Part shown: piece by piece, positions 25,701 through 38,281 of the stretch
Layout of the letters: every line of letters starts with the position of its first letter
Numbering within the stretch: position 1 is the stretch's first letter
Assembly: GCA_044892525.1 (NCBI GenBank)
Contig: CM097885.1
Coordinates: 189,534,001-189,598,000 of the forward strand
Source: Schmidtea polychroa
Taxonomy: Eukaryota
Reading direction: 5' to 3'
Length of the DNA: 64,000 bases
Program-made: the position numbers and the translations under genes
The notes under the pieces: generated by a model
The model's input: the letters and a program-made list of their open reading frames with translations, nothing else
Told to the model about the DNA's origin: nothing
The model's database searches: none

Positions 25701-25869
25701 ATATTGAAATGTAAAAGAATTTAAAATACGAGCCGCAAAAAGCGATGGTTATTAGATGGGTGGTGACTATAAATAGGTTAAAAACCGCTGAAAGAACCGT
25801 CGAAAATTTTTTTATTAAAAACATTATTTTTTCATTAAATAAGGCTTAATTTATCACTTTATTGTTTTA

Positions 25870-25931
<62 letters not shown>

Positions 25932-26808
25932 TAATAACTCAACAAAAATATTCTATCTTTATCAGTATATTTTATATGTAATTTTATAAATTTCACCTAT
26001 ACGAGCAGTCTTATTTACACTAAAACTTCCTTAGACACTTGCTATGTGGCCAAATTTGTATATTAATATATTGAAATGTAAAAGAATTTAAAATACGAGC
26101 CGCAAAAAGCGATGGTTATTAGATGGGTGGTGACTATAAATAGGTTAAAAACCGCTGAAAGAACCGTCGAAAATTTTTTTATTAAAAACATTATTTTTTC
26201 ATTAAATAAGGCTTANNNNNNNNNNNNNNNNNNNNNNNNNNNNNNNNNNNNNNNNNNNNNNNNNNNNNNNNNNNNNNNNNNNNNNNNNNNNNNNNNNNNN
26301 NNNNNNNNNNNNNNNNNNNNNNNNNNNNNNNNNNNNNNNNNNNNNNNNNNNNNNNNNNNNNNNNNNNNNNNNNNNNNNNNNNNNNNNNNNNNNNNNNNNN
26401 NNNNNNNNNNNNNNNNNNNNNNNNNNNNNNNNNNNNNNNNNNNNNNNNNNNNNNNNNNNNNNNNNNNNNNNNNNNNNNNNNNNNNNNNNNNNNNNNNNNN
26501 NNNNNNNNNNNNNNNNNNNNNNNNNNNNNNNNNNNNNNNNNNNNNNNNNNNNNNNNNNNNNNNNNNNNNNNNNNNNNNNNNNNNNNNNNNNNNNNNNNNN
26601 NNNNNNNNNNNNNNNNNNNNNNNNNNNNNNNNNNNNNNNNNNNNNNNNNNNNNNNNNNNNNNNNNNNNNNNNNNNNNNNNNNNNNNNNNATATTCTATCT
26701 TTATCAGTATATTTTATATGTAATTTTATAAATTTCACCTATACGAGCAGTCTTATTTACACTAAAACTTCCTTAGACACTTGCTATGTGGCCAAATTTG
26801 TATATTAA
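25701..26808. repeat. ~367-bp tandem repeat with (TAA)n core, spanning an assembly gap
   Basis: 25701-25847 recurs at 26068-26215; 25948-26066 recurs at 26690-26808; (TAA)n at ~25868-25927. Confidence 0.9.
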
Positions 26809-27231
26809 AACTGTTGAGAAAATGCTGAAAATCACGATTCTAGACTATTTGCGACAACTAATTTATATTTTATATCTAAATAGTTATATTCCCTTCATAA
26901 ATAATGGAACACTGTGTTGTTAATACAATTGTATATTTACATGGCCAGAGATTGTTCAGCGGTCATAAAATTCAATTGAAAAATATATAGAAATTGATAA
27001 AAATTGATAAAAATATTGATAAAAATATAGAAATTGATGAAAATCTTTTATTTTTTGGTCACCTTTAATCTGTTTTCTATTTTTGATGATATTTTATTTA
27101 TTTTTATTCTGAAAAAAATCAATTTTTTGTATAGTATAGAAAATTGATTTGTGATAGAATGAAAGTAAATTATATCAATATTATTGTATATTAACAAAAA
27201 AAAGTCCAATTGAAGAAAATGAAATATTTAC

Positions 27232-28597
27232 TTCTCTTCCAATTGCTGTCGTAATTCATGCACCTCAGCTATACTTTCATCGCGACTCTTTGTGAGAGCT
27301 TTGATCATTGATTCCACTTTTGCCATTTCTTCAATTCGAACCCGCTGCAATTTTGATTCCCAATTCTCCTTTTCTCCTTCTTTTATTTTACTCATTTCCA
27401 AATCCTTACAAACCGCATATTCCAATTCATTTCTCAACTCCAACATTTCTTCTTGTTTCTTTCGCAACTGTTCAACTAAATTCTCGATTTCGAATTTTGC
27501 ATTTCTCAGTTCGGTTTCTTTCTTCAAATTTTCCCCCGTCATTCTCGACACCAAACGAGCGATTTCTGAGTTTTTTCCCGAGACGTTTTCTTTTTCTTTT
27601 TCCACTTGATTTGCTAATTCTTTCGTTTTGTTTTCAAATTTCTCCAGTTCCAATTCGAGAATTTCTTTTTCTTTTTCGATTTTCAATTCTTTTTCTCGCG
27701 CTGCATTTAAAACGGATTTGATTTCGTTTTCCAATTTTTTGGCAGTTTCGATTTTGCTTTTTAATTTATCGTTCTTTTCGTTGATTCTTCTCGTTAGATG
27801 TTCGATTTCTTTCACTAAGTTTGTTTCGTTTTCTTTTGCGTGAAGTGCTTCGGTTTCCCGTTTCATTTTTTCGATTGATATTTCACTTTTGTTTGCCAGC
27901 TCCATTTCTGTTAATTTCATTTCCAATTCTCGGATTGTGTTCTCTTTTTCGGTGAGGTTTCTCAAAATTTCCGCTTTACTTATCCTAGTTAAATCCAACT
28001 CTTTACTGGCTAATCGATATTTCAGTTCATAATTCATCATTTCCGTGTGGACTTGTTCGGTTTTCCTTTTCAATTCTCCTTCTCTTGAACGAAGGGTTTC
28101 TTCGACATCTGCCATTAATGCATATTGCTTTTCTTTGGTTTCGGATTCGAGCTGGATTATTTTTCTTTCTAATTCTTTCACGACAGTGGCATTTTCATCT
28201 TTTACTCGTTGAATTTCTTTTATTTTCTCATTCTTAATGGATTGTGAATCATTGAAAGCTTTATCAATAACTTGTTTCATTTTAGTTCTTAACTCTTCTT
28301 TTGTTTCATTTGACATTTGTAACTCAGTTTTTAATCTATCTACTTCCACACTTAAAAGACTGATTTTCTCTTCATTTTCATAAACTGAATCTCGTAAGTT
28401 AATATTTTCCTGTTCGATTTCATTTATTTCTTTATCCCGTTCTTCTAACAGATTCAGATTATGCTTAAAATCTATTTCCAATTGAATAAATTTTTCTTGA
28501 AATTCCATTAAAGCAATTTCAGCTTTATTGTGTTCTATTTTCGTTTTTTCCAATTGCTCCAACAAAAGATCTTTCCATTCTTTTTCCTTCTGAAAAA
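27232..28597 (-). CDS. CCDC57: CCDC57 coding exon 2 (large coiled-coil exon)
   Basis: KEKEWKDL, DFKHNLNLLEERDKEI, ELERKI...ELKYRLASKELD and WESK...ESMIKALT follow the remembered human CCDC57 motifs in order. Donor GAGAA|gtaaat explains the ORF-track stop. Confidence 0.9.
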
Positions 28598-28680
28598 CTA
28601 AAATTAAATTTTAAATAACTTACATATTTAATATAAAGTGAATTTTTAAATGAAAATTTAAAACTTAAATTAAATATTAC

Positions 28681-28720
28681 TTATGTCAGTATTGTCATAT
28701 AAAAATCGATGCTTAGACAT
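28681..28720 (-). CDS. CCDC57: CCDC57 candidate first coding exon
   Basis: ATG at 28720, 40 nt, GT donor at 28680, 83-bp intron to AG at 28599-28598; gives in-frame MSKHRFLYDNTDIIFQKEKEW. Plausible but not unique. Confidence 0.5.
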
Positions 28721-30518
28721 TTCAAAAATCATGCAAATAAACTCATTGTCTTGGTATTATCATTGATTTATTATAACAAAAATAAATATATGCTAAAAAT
28801 AAAATGACATGTTTAAAATGTTTTGTAATACTAAACAAATAAATTTATTAATTACAATAGTTTTGAGTTTTTCTGTATAAATTTTATTTGAAATCAATCT
28901 GAAATTTACAACGGTCGCTTATTTTATCAAATATTGTGTCTATTTGTTTAATTTTAGGCATCATTTCAAATAAAACCCATGGTGACGGTTTTGGTTTAAT
29001 AAATATGTTTAATTTGAGCTTTGATTAGGTTAATGTCTTTTGTTTTTATAAATAGTGAACAAATTTGTGGTGAGATTAAGCATGAATATAGACAAAAGAA
29101 CGATATTTCAGTTCAATTTCTATCATATTTTACCGATTCCTCAGTCAAGTAACCAATCATCTTATTTTCTATAGGATTGATAAATCTAAGACGTTCTATA
29201 GACACTCTGGTCTGTTTAACCTTAAATATTGTAACATTAATAAATTCATTTTTTTCGTGACCTACACTGCGTACCTCTGGTCTAAATGACTAAAATGAAA
29301 AACATCAATAGTTTGTTGGGGTTAGCGCAAAAACCTTTAAAAAATTATATATAAAAGGAAAGCATAAAAAATAATGGTAAAATCAATAAAAGTGCAAAAT
29401 TAATTAAAACTTACTAAAAATCAAAAATCGGGTAATGGTTGAACGCCAAATTGATAGACGAGTTCAGAAATTATAATGAAAATTTAATAAGGCTTTCACA
29501 GGGAAAGTTACTGCGATAAAACAACTTAATTAAAATAATTTATTTTTAATTAAGAAAGAAGTGGCGTAATTTTTTAAAGTTTTTGTAATCTTCTTTCTCC
29601 AGCTCATTGATAGGACGAATTTTGTCATTTTTTGTAATTCTATGAAAATTTTATTTTTTTATACAAGTTATTAAAATTTACGATTTTGGAATTTTTTTCT
29701 GCTAATCAAAAATGTCGATGGGCCTTGTTGAATATTAGAAATGTTACCTTCACACAAAGTCGTTTGACAAGAAATGTCTGATATACTGTAAAATATTTTA
29801 ATTATTTGTAATTAAATGAAAAAATTCTTACATTGTCAATTCTTCACCTTCACAAAAAGATAGCGTTTCCAGAGAAATATCTAAAAATCTAAAGAAATAT
29901 TAACTTCAAAATATTTTATAAATAGTTCTTACGATGTTTTGTCGTCCTTTTCTCAAAAGTTCAAAGTAGAGTTTTTTTCCCCATGAATTTTTAATATATA
30001 TTAAAAATAATGATATGTTAATTACTTTTAACTTTCGGAATAAAAAACGCTATAATAAATTTGTATGTAAAATTATTTTTCTGTCACTTTCTCAATTCCT
30101 ATAATAAAACTTTTAACTTTCGGAACATTAAATTTTTACACACAGGTAAGTTGGTGTGTTACTATACTGTAATTTTATCGAATTTTTTAAGATTATAGAA
30201 ACATTTATATTGCGGATTTAGGTGTAGTGAAAAAAATTTCACCCCATAAGGTTGGTTTAATAATTGCATCATTATTCACTATTTCTACTTCTCAGTTTTA
30301 CTTTTGATACTTTTGAGCAACAATATCTATTGAAATGCTTTATTGCTACATTGCTAATTTTCTGTTCAATTACTAATGATTTTAAATTTTGTTCTTTCGA
30401 TATCCATTATTAAATTTTCACATATTTTCCTTAAAGATTGTCTGATAATCTTTTCTTATATTTTGATATCGTTCAATACACTAAAATATCTCTTTGAATC
30501 CGTTTCCAATTTTTCTTT

Positions 30519-31740
30519 ATATTGGTGGGTTAGAGGTAATCCAAAGTTTCTACCTACTCATGCTGTTTCCAGCATAACCCAGGATACAATTGACAGCTGA
30601 CCACTTGATACCCGTTGAGCAATCAACGTTGGTACTGTATCAAGGGTTTGAGTACTGGCAAAAAGTGAGCATACTTAGCATACTATAAATGTCTAGCACC
30701 CATTAGGGTTCACGGACTGCCGATAGAAGGCTTAAATCCGATTTCTCTCGGTCCCATCTGTGCTAATTGATGTTATCGAACAACCAGAATACATATAGAC
30801 ACATGAGTTAACATAATAACAATATTTTTATTCAAATCATACAATTCATGGCAAGAGTTCATAATGCTCCGGTAGACTCTTTCGGGGTAGTTATTGGTAA
30901 GGTCGGTTGAATTGGTCTTTGGACTAGGCTGGCCCGTCGTAACCTGGCCCGAGCAGCCTTACCCGGCCGGACCTTCTTCCTATGGGAAATAGAAGCTGCG
31001 AGTTCATTCGGCCTATGCAGTACTTCTATCAGAAGTTGAATCTTGGTGATTACGTCTCGATCGATCGCTTGTTGATGAACCTGGGTTTCAAGTTCTCTTA
31101 CCCTCAGACGGAGAGCTCGTAGTTCGACTTGGTCTTGAGCGCTCTACAATTGTAACTAGGAAATCAGTTTCAGGAGCTTCTGCATCTCCGCGGCGGGAAC
31201 CAAGAGCTTTACGGCAATGTGCTTTGATTCTCTTCAGCTTGGCCCTATACACTTCCGTCTGTTGTTGCGCTCGTTCCAGGTCCAGGTGCATATCTTCCAA
31301 GAGTTTTATCACTAAATCAAAAGCATAATTAATGACATGTCCTTTCGTACTCTCGTCAGGCGACCCCGCCTTTTCGCTATAATTATCGTTTCATAAAATG
31401 CGATCGTCAAGCTGTAATCCTGTTAAACTCGCTGAAAGCGTCCATGATTTGGGTGATAAACGAAAAAATAAAATAATAACACATTATGAATAAATTAGAA
31501 TATAATCAAAGACGATTAAATTAATATTATACAAATGATCATCTATTCAGAATAACTAAGGTGCGTTAAGTATGTCATTAAAAAAAATCAAAACAAAACA
31601 GGATCACAAGGGGCTGATATTCGGCCCAACTGTTTAATTTGTTTATTCCGATTGGATTTTTCGCGGACGTCCTCGTTTTCGTGGCTGATCTGTTTCTGTG
31701 GGACGCATGCCCTGTGGTGGTCTTCTTGGGCGTTTACTTT
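30519..31740 (-). repeat. Copy A of the dispersed small-ORF / structured-end repeat family (3' part)
   Basis: RKRGRPRK at 31681-31658; ORF2 exon from 31311; 30601-30638 matches the reverse complement of 45486-45523 at 36/38. Confidence 0.8.
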
Positions 31741-31972
31741 TTTTATATGACATAATTTACAATAATATTTTACAATTGGCCAATTCCTGATTAGTAACTT
31801 TAGTTTAGTAAATTAATTTACAGAGATAAATATTGGTTTTTAACTTTTATAAAGAAATTGTGGATTAAATAGAACACCAATAAAGTCCAGAGATAGTGAT
31901 TTTCGAAATAAATCATTATCATAGTTAAAATATATTTATAATTTCAATAAAAATATTCACAGGCATTTGGAT

Positions 31973-34105
31973 TTAATGTGAATTTTGTGGCTGAATACTA
32001 GAAGCCAGTTTTTCAATGTCAGGTTGAAGTTTAGTTGTTGCCAGAATCATAAGTCCATTCGAGTTCGAATCAGTAAGGCGTGAACGATTCTTGCTTTTAA
32101 TCAATTTCATTGCAGAAAATGACTGCTCGCATCTGTATGTGCTACCAAAACGACAAACATAACGTTGTGCAAAAGATCGCATATGTTCAAAGTCACTCTC
32201 TGGGAGCAGGTTCCAAAATGATATCATATCATCTGCAGTTGGAATAACCGGAAGCTCGGCGAATCGACTTTTCAAAACTGAGTTACACTTCAGATCTATA
32301 ATTTCAAGTTGCAAATTCTCATCTAGGCAGTTGATCCTTTTGTCTGGAAAGTTGAAAGGATTGGTAAAAAGAGCCGCATTGTCAGACTGATCTGCAAATT
32401 CACTGAATCGTGACTGAAAAGCTGTCAAAAGTTCGACAACCATACACCTATATTTGTCTTCATCAAAGTCATTACCTGTCATCCTTTCTTTCATGTGTTG
32501 AAAATTGTCAGATTTTTTTTGGATAACTGATTGGCAAATAATTGTAATTTCATTTTGAAAGAAGCAATACAGTTACACAGATTTGCAAACAGATTGTTAC
32601 TTGCTTGCAACTTCAAATTTAGATTGTTGAGATGCCCTGTAATGTCCACCAAGAATGCTAAATCATTCAGCCATTCATTATTTGAAAGATATTCACGTTC
32701 TATAGGTAACTCATTAATTTCCGCCAAAAATTCCAAAATACTTCCTTTTAAATCTCAGAATCGCGACAGAACTTTACCTTTTGACAACCATCTGACCTCA
32801 CAGTGCAGAAGAAGTTCACCATATTCAGCATCTAATTCTGAAATAAACTGTCTAAATTCTCGCCTATGCAATGATTTTGCACGGATTTTGTTCACACACT
32901 TCACTACTACATCCATAACGTGCTTCATATTCATGGATTTCCCACAAAGCGACTCCTGGTGAATAATGCAGTGATATTTTAAAAGTGGACGAGCAAGAAA
33001 TTTTTCGAGCAAAGACAAACATCCTACATGTCTGCCTGTTAGAGCTGGTGCACCATCTGTGCAAATGCTATCCAACCTTTTCCAATCCAATTTATTTTTT
33101 TCTGCGTATGATTTTAAAACCTCAAACAAATCTGTGCCTTTGGTTGTCTCTTGTATGGACTCAAGTCCAAGCAACTCTTCGATAACCTCGAAAGTATTAC
33201 TCACCGCGCGAATAAAAATTGTTACCTGTGCGGTATCGCTAATGTCAGTTGACTCGTCCATTGCAAGTGAGAAAAACTTGCAGTTTGATGCGTGAAATGC
33301 AATTTGCTCACTAACGTTATTAGCAAGTTCCTCAACCCGTCTTGTCATTGTATTGTTCGATAGTGGAATATCTTTAAACTTGGCTTCAATGTTTTTTTTC
33401 TCCTAGCATTCTGGCGGCTATTTCAAGAACTGGCTTCATAATCTCTTCTCCATCAGTAAAGGGTTTCTTCTTCTTTGCCAAAAGAAGTGCCACTTCATAC
33501 GATGCAATTACCATACTTTTGTTTTGCTGTAGTATAGCAGTAAATAAGGATTGTTGGACATTCATTCCTTTCTCCTTCTTGGCGATAAATTCCCTTCGTA
33601 AATCAGAGGCCATTGGATATTTATCGACCAAATCTGCATGGCTACTGTTGAAATGTCTTTCCATATTATATTTCTTTACAACTGAAACGCTAAATCCACA
33701 AACCAAGCAGACCGGCTTTCCGTTACGACCAAGAGCAAACATATACCTCTCTTTCCACTCGTCATTAAATTCACGACATGCTAAGTTTTTATATTGTTCA
33801 AACTTTCTTTTATCCATGATTTTAAATTCCGAGCTCGTTTTTTAACCAAATTAGATAATTAAAAGAATTTATAAATAAAATCAGAAGATTGAAATAAAAT
33901 CAGATTATTGATGAAAACCAAGCAAAATTAATCGATACACAGTTCTTTTATTATTAAATTGGCATCTGGTTTTATCATGGTTTAAAACGAAGTTCAAGAC
34001 AAACTTTTCCCAAAGAAGGTGTGAATGTGAATTTTTTCTTAGTTTTCTTTGTTGAGCAGAGGGCCACTTTTTTATGCCCGGCGGGCCACGGGTTGGGAAC
34101 CATTG
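31973..34105 (-). pseudogene. hAT transposase (GTF2IRD2/SPIN-like), near full length with frameshifts, 5' TIR present
   Basis: BED-like CLVC...NMERHF, FSLAMDESTD, CTDGAPAL, HCIIHQESLC, EVRWLSKG, FGSTYRCEQSFS; TIR CAATGGTTCCCAACC at 34105. Confidence 0.92.
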
Positions 34106-34229
34106 ATTATTAACTCACAATAAGGTTTCTTCTTCGTCGTTTTTTGTTGTTTTAAAAATTTTGGCCCTTCGTGTCCTCCACCTAAATAAAGTGGCCCTAG
34201 GCCAAAATAGGTTGGGAACCACTGCCGTA

Positions 34230-35698
34230 GACGAATGGACAGGCAGAAATGTTAAACGATATTTGAACGTAATCTTACACAGTAAAAATAAAGCGCATGC
34301 CAATTGAAAGTTCGTGCAATGCAGTTAAGTTGAAAAATTTGGTTAAAGAAAAATTGCTTTGCTTTGGTCTGAAATTTGCGGAAGACATTATCGCTTCCAC
34401 AAACGATGGAGCTGCAATGATGAAAAAATATGGAGGGTTAATAGAAACTTTGTTCCAATCATTCTATTCACCTAGCAGTAATTGATGTTTTTTATAAAAA
34501 AATTGTAACCGAAAACATAATTTTTGATGATGTTGAAGAAATAATTACAACTTTTAGACCAGATATTAATAAAACATTAGCAGAAACCAGAACCGTTATT
34601 AAAAAATTTTAAAATTCACCGGTAATGAACTCAATTTTGCAAAATTATGTCAGAGACCATAAAGGCAAAAATTTGAGTATATGTTAGATTGTAAAACCCG
34701 CTGGAATTCTCTTATCCCAATGATTGAATATTTATTAAAATTGAAAGAATGTATCAAGAAAGCACGAATGATATTGGTTGTTTCGATATTTATAAAGAGG
34801 AAAATGAGGTAGTTTTGGAAGAAATTTTAACAAATATGAAACCAACTGAATTGGCTGTTAACGAATTAAGTAAAGAAAGTGCTACGTTGTTAACTTCTGA
34901 AGGTGTTTTTAAATTTTTGTTTGGAAAGCTTCATGAAATTAATACTAGTTTCATTAAAAAGTGCATTAAAAACTTGAATGAACGACAGACGAAATGAAAC
35001 AGTAATGACGTTGTTGCTATATCTCCAGTGTGGAAAAATGCCTCGAGCCAATGGTGATTTTACATATTCGTCAAAAATTGTAGTTTGTGAATTTGCAAAT
35101 GTTCTTTTGAATAAAATATATCCGGTTTCTGCTATTTCTGAAGAAGCTGGTAGTGACAGCGTGTCAACAGACGGTTGCTTCGAAATAGAAGAAACAGATA
35201 CAAATAAGCTTAATCAAGACATGCACAGGGCAATTTCATCCGTTTTGGTCATGAATAATAGTTCTAATACTGGAAAATATATAAGAGATTTAAAATCAGA
35301 TTTTAAAATATTAGATGTAACCAAGAAGCGTACAGAAAATCTTGAACGATTATACGAGGCCTTATTAACTATAAAACCAACATCTACGGCTACAGAAAAA
35401 GTTTTCTCAACAGCAGGAAATTTCTTGACCAAAATAAGAAGCCGCTTAAACTTCGAATCATTAGATGCACTAATTTTCTTAAAGTGTTATTTTTTAAATA
35501 AAGATAAATAATTCTATACTCTACTCATCAATTATATACTATTTTTTATACTCTATAGATTATAATATATAATGAATTAAAAATATAAAAATATATGAAT
35601 TACAAATATGTTGTTTTTGTTAGAAATACTCGGTTAATTTTCCTTACAGATACTCGAAAACTCGGTTAGTTGATTTTGCCGAGTAATTGTTAGCCCTA
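34230..35698 (+). pseudogene. Second hAT-family transposase remnant with 3' terminus
   Basis: TNDGAAMM, CKTRWNS, PTSTATEKVFSTAG...RSRL..ESLDALIFLK dimerisation motif; end TTAGCCCTA at ~35698. Confidence 0.85.
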
Positions 35699-38053
35699 AT
35701 CATTATGGATTATTTGTATCAAAAAGCCAATAAAGAATAGAATGTTAATATTTGTATGAAATTCATTCACTTAAATCAGCAGATATGTTAGCGTTACTGT
35801 TATTTTGTTAGCTCAAAAACTTGTTTCATCTGGGTAGTGTACATCGAACGCGTGATTTAAATATTCAATATTTAGTGGATTTCAAGAATACTATAGATAG
35901 AACAAGCATATTCAAATAATCCTAATTTTCTAATCAGTTCATTTCAATATGCTACAAAAAATTGCCACGTGATTTTTTGATTTCTCACAGCAATGTCCTG
36001 ATGATTTATGGGTAAAAACTGATTATTTTCAACAAAGAATGAGCCATGTTTTATAAACAAAGTTGAAAAAATGCTTGAATAATAATCTTTTTAATAGTAC
36101 GAATTTAAAATCTTAGAAAACTTAGAAAAAGTATTAGAAAGAGTATTAAAATCAAAGTTCTACCAAAACAAGTTATACTCCATCTAAAAACTGAAAAAAT
36201 CCTAAATCTAATAATAATAAAGTTTAAAAGTTAAAGTGTTATTTTAATTTATATTTTAATCATCAAAATTTAAATCCTAACCAAATATAAATCAACAAAT
36301 GTAAATTATCAGTGTAATATATGAATATATATATAATCAAGATGAATTAGAAGATTTAGATTGTTTGTGAGAGCTCAATTAGCAACACCTTTGCATACTT
36401 TTTACTTCCAAACAACACGCAAGAAAATCGTTAAACCTATGATTTCGGTATTACCCTTCATTTAGTTACAGAATATACCATTCTCAAATTCTCCAAATAC
36501 AATTTCTTGTAATAATAATAATTGAAACACTCAAAAATATTTAAACATTCATCAACCACTTACACAAAGACTGAATAAGTGTGTGTGAGAATGTAGGATT
36601 CGTGTTGGAAGTTGGTAAATGGATAGAGAAACAGACACATGAAAACACGAAATCTTTCACCTTGTGAGATTAAACACATCCGAAAAAATCGAGACACACA
36701 GATAGTTTTTCAATCTCTTAGGTTTAACGACTGGTTGACCATCGATGAGTTTTATTATATACATTTTTGTTGTGGATTAGTAACTTGCAGTTTTGTGTAA
36801 TGGTAAGTAAATGATAAATTAATTACTCTTGAATTTCTCATTTGGCTTTCAAAATATATGATTTACAACCCAAAATATTTAGGTGATTTTTGGAAAACTT
36901 GACAGACTGGAAAGGTTTCAGTAGGAAGTGACCAGTAAACTTACACATTTGTCTAATCGTCTTAAAGTCAGGAATCTAAGGATTCCCGCTAGCTTTATAA
37001 GTCAGCGGCCCACCGAAATAGCTCAAATTTCGAGTTTTTTCGAATAAATGACAAATTAGTTATGATTTATAATATTACCCTAAAATAGATACTAGTAGGA
37101 AATTTCCATTAAATATGGGAGAAACGCTGCCAAGATTTCTGAAAGGTATTAAAAACTTAACCAAATTACGCGGTTGTTTAGTCGAATGTTTATAAAGACC
37201 ACTGTGCAAAATTTGGGAATCTATACTAATTTTAAACGTAAAATAAGAATGTTTTCGACTCAAATTTTTCAAATAACCTGACAGTGAATAATATTAATTT
37301 ATATAAATTCAGTGAAAAAAGACAATAAAAAATTGAAAATGCCAATAATGAACACGAAATAATTGCGAAAACTTAAATTCTCCGTTCAGTAGTCAAGATT
37401 GCATAAAGGCGAATTGGCAACGGAGCTCTTCTAAATTTTACAGATTTTTTGCGCTTAAGAGGTGTGTCATTTACCATCTGCGTACCCATAGCAACAACCA
37501 AGTTGATAATGTAAACTCATCAATTGTTTTCATTTTTGGGTTCAGGACTTCTGATGGAAGGCCTTACGTCACTTTTTATTATCGATTCTTTTATTAGAAC
37601 ATTGTTTCTATTTATTAAATTAAATTATGGTACTCATCGCTTTATGCTATTCACTGTTACCTTTGAAAATTTTGTGCAAGGATCCGCCCTTATTTCCCAT
37701 TTTATACATGTTGTCCTAAATTTTCTACAATAATTGATGTTATCCAGCGTGATCTGCCTATATTTTTAATGTTAACAAATTCAGATTCTACAATGTAACT
37801 CCCTGAGGCAATCTTTTACCCTTTCAATTATATAATGTATGTCACTTTCGTTTGATTTAGGTTTTCTCTAACCGACGAATACTTGTCCAATCAGAATGCG
37901 TGTAATTTTTATTGATTGTGCACACATGCACGAATGTTGCCAGATTTAATTTGAATGAATTTTGTATTTAATTGATTTTTTTAAACAATATAGTTATTTT
38001 AGTTATTTATTTAGTTATTATAGTTATTTTTTATGTCATTTCATTAACTTTAA

Positions 38054-38281
38054 CCCCTTAACGCACAATTTTAAAAAAACGACCAAAAAAAATCAATTTT
38101 TTTTCTTTAAGAAAATATATATTTGGACCAATTTCAATAATAACAATATAATGTAACAATAAAATAATAATATTTATTAGCTGAAAAATAATAAACTAAA
38201 ACTATTCAAAAACTATCACGTCACTGCACATTTTGTCCGGTTTTGCGCGAACGTATATATACGTCAGTGCGCGTTAAGGGG
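38054..38281. mobile_element. piggyBac-type MITE
   Basis: TTAA-CCCCTTAACGC...GCGTTAAGGGG-TTAA. Confidence 0.9.

Noticed and set aside
25868-25927. Short repeat arrays as possible CRISPR or telomeric repeats (also 19127-19158)
   Set aside because: Simple microsatellites; no repeat-spacer structure, cas genes or TTAGGG arrays.
26112-26738. ORF-track calls spanning Ns (also 49480-49833)
   Set aside because: Artefacts of translating assembly gaps.
27228-27231. Apparent stop ending a stand-alone 445-aa coiled-coil gene
   Set aside because: The TAA lies within a gtaaat donor; the frame continues in phase at 23876.
31334-31359. Minimal hammerhead-like string CTGACGA-G-AGTA-C-GAAA-GGACATGTC on the minus strand
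   Set aside because: Helix III pairing does not give a valid cleavage triplet, no helix I pairing is visible, and it is absent from copy B.
36900-37760. Possible membrane-protein pseudogene on the minus strand
   Set aside because: Many stops in all frames and no identifiable family motif.
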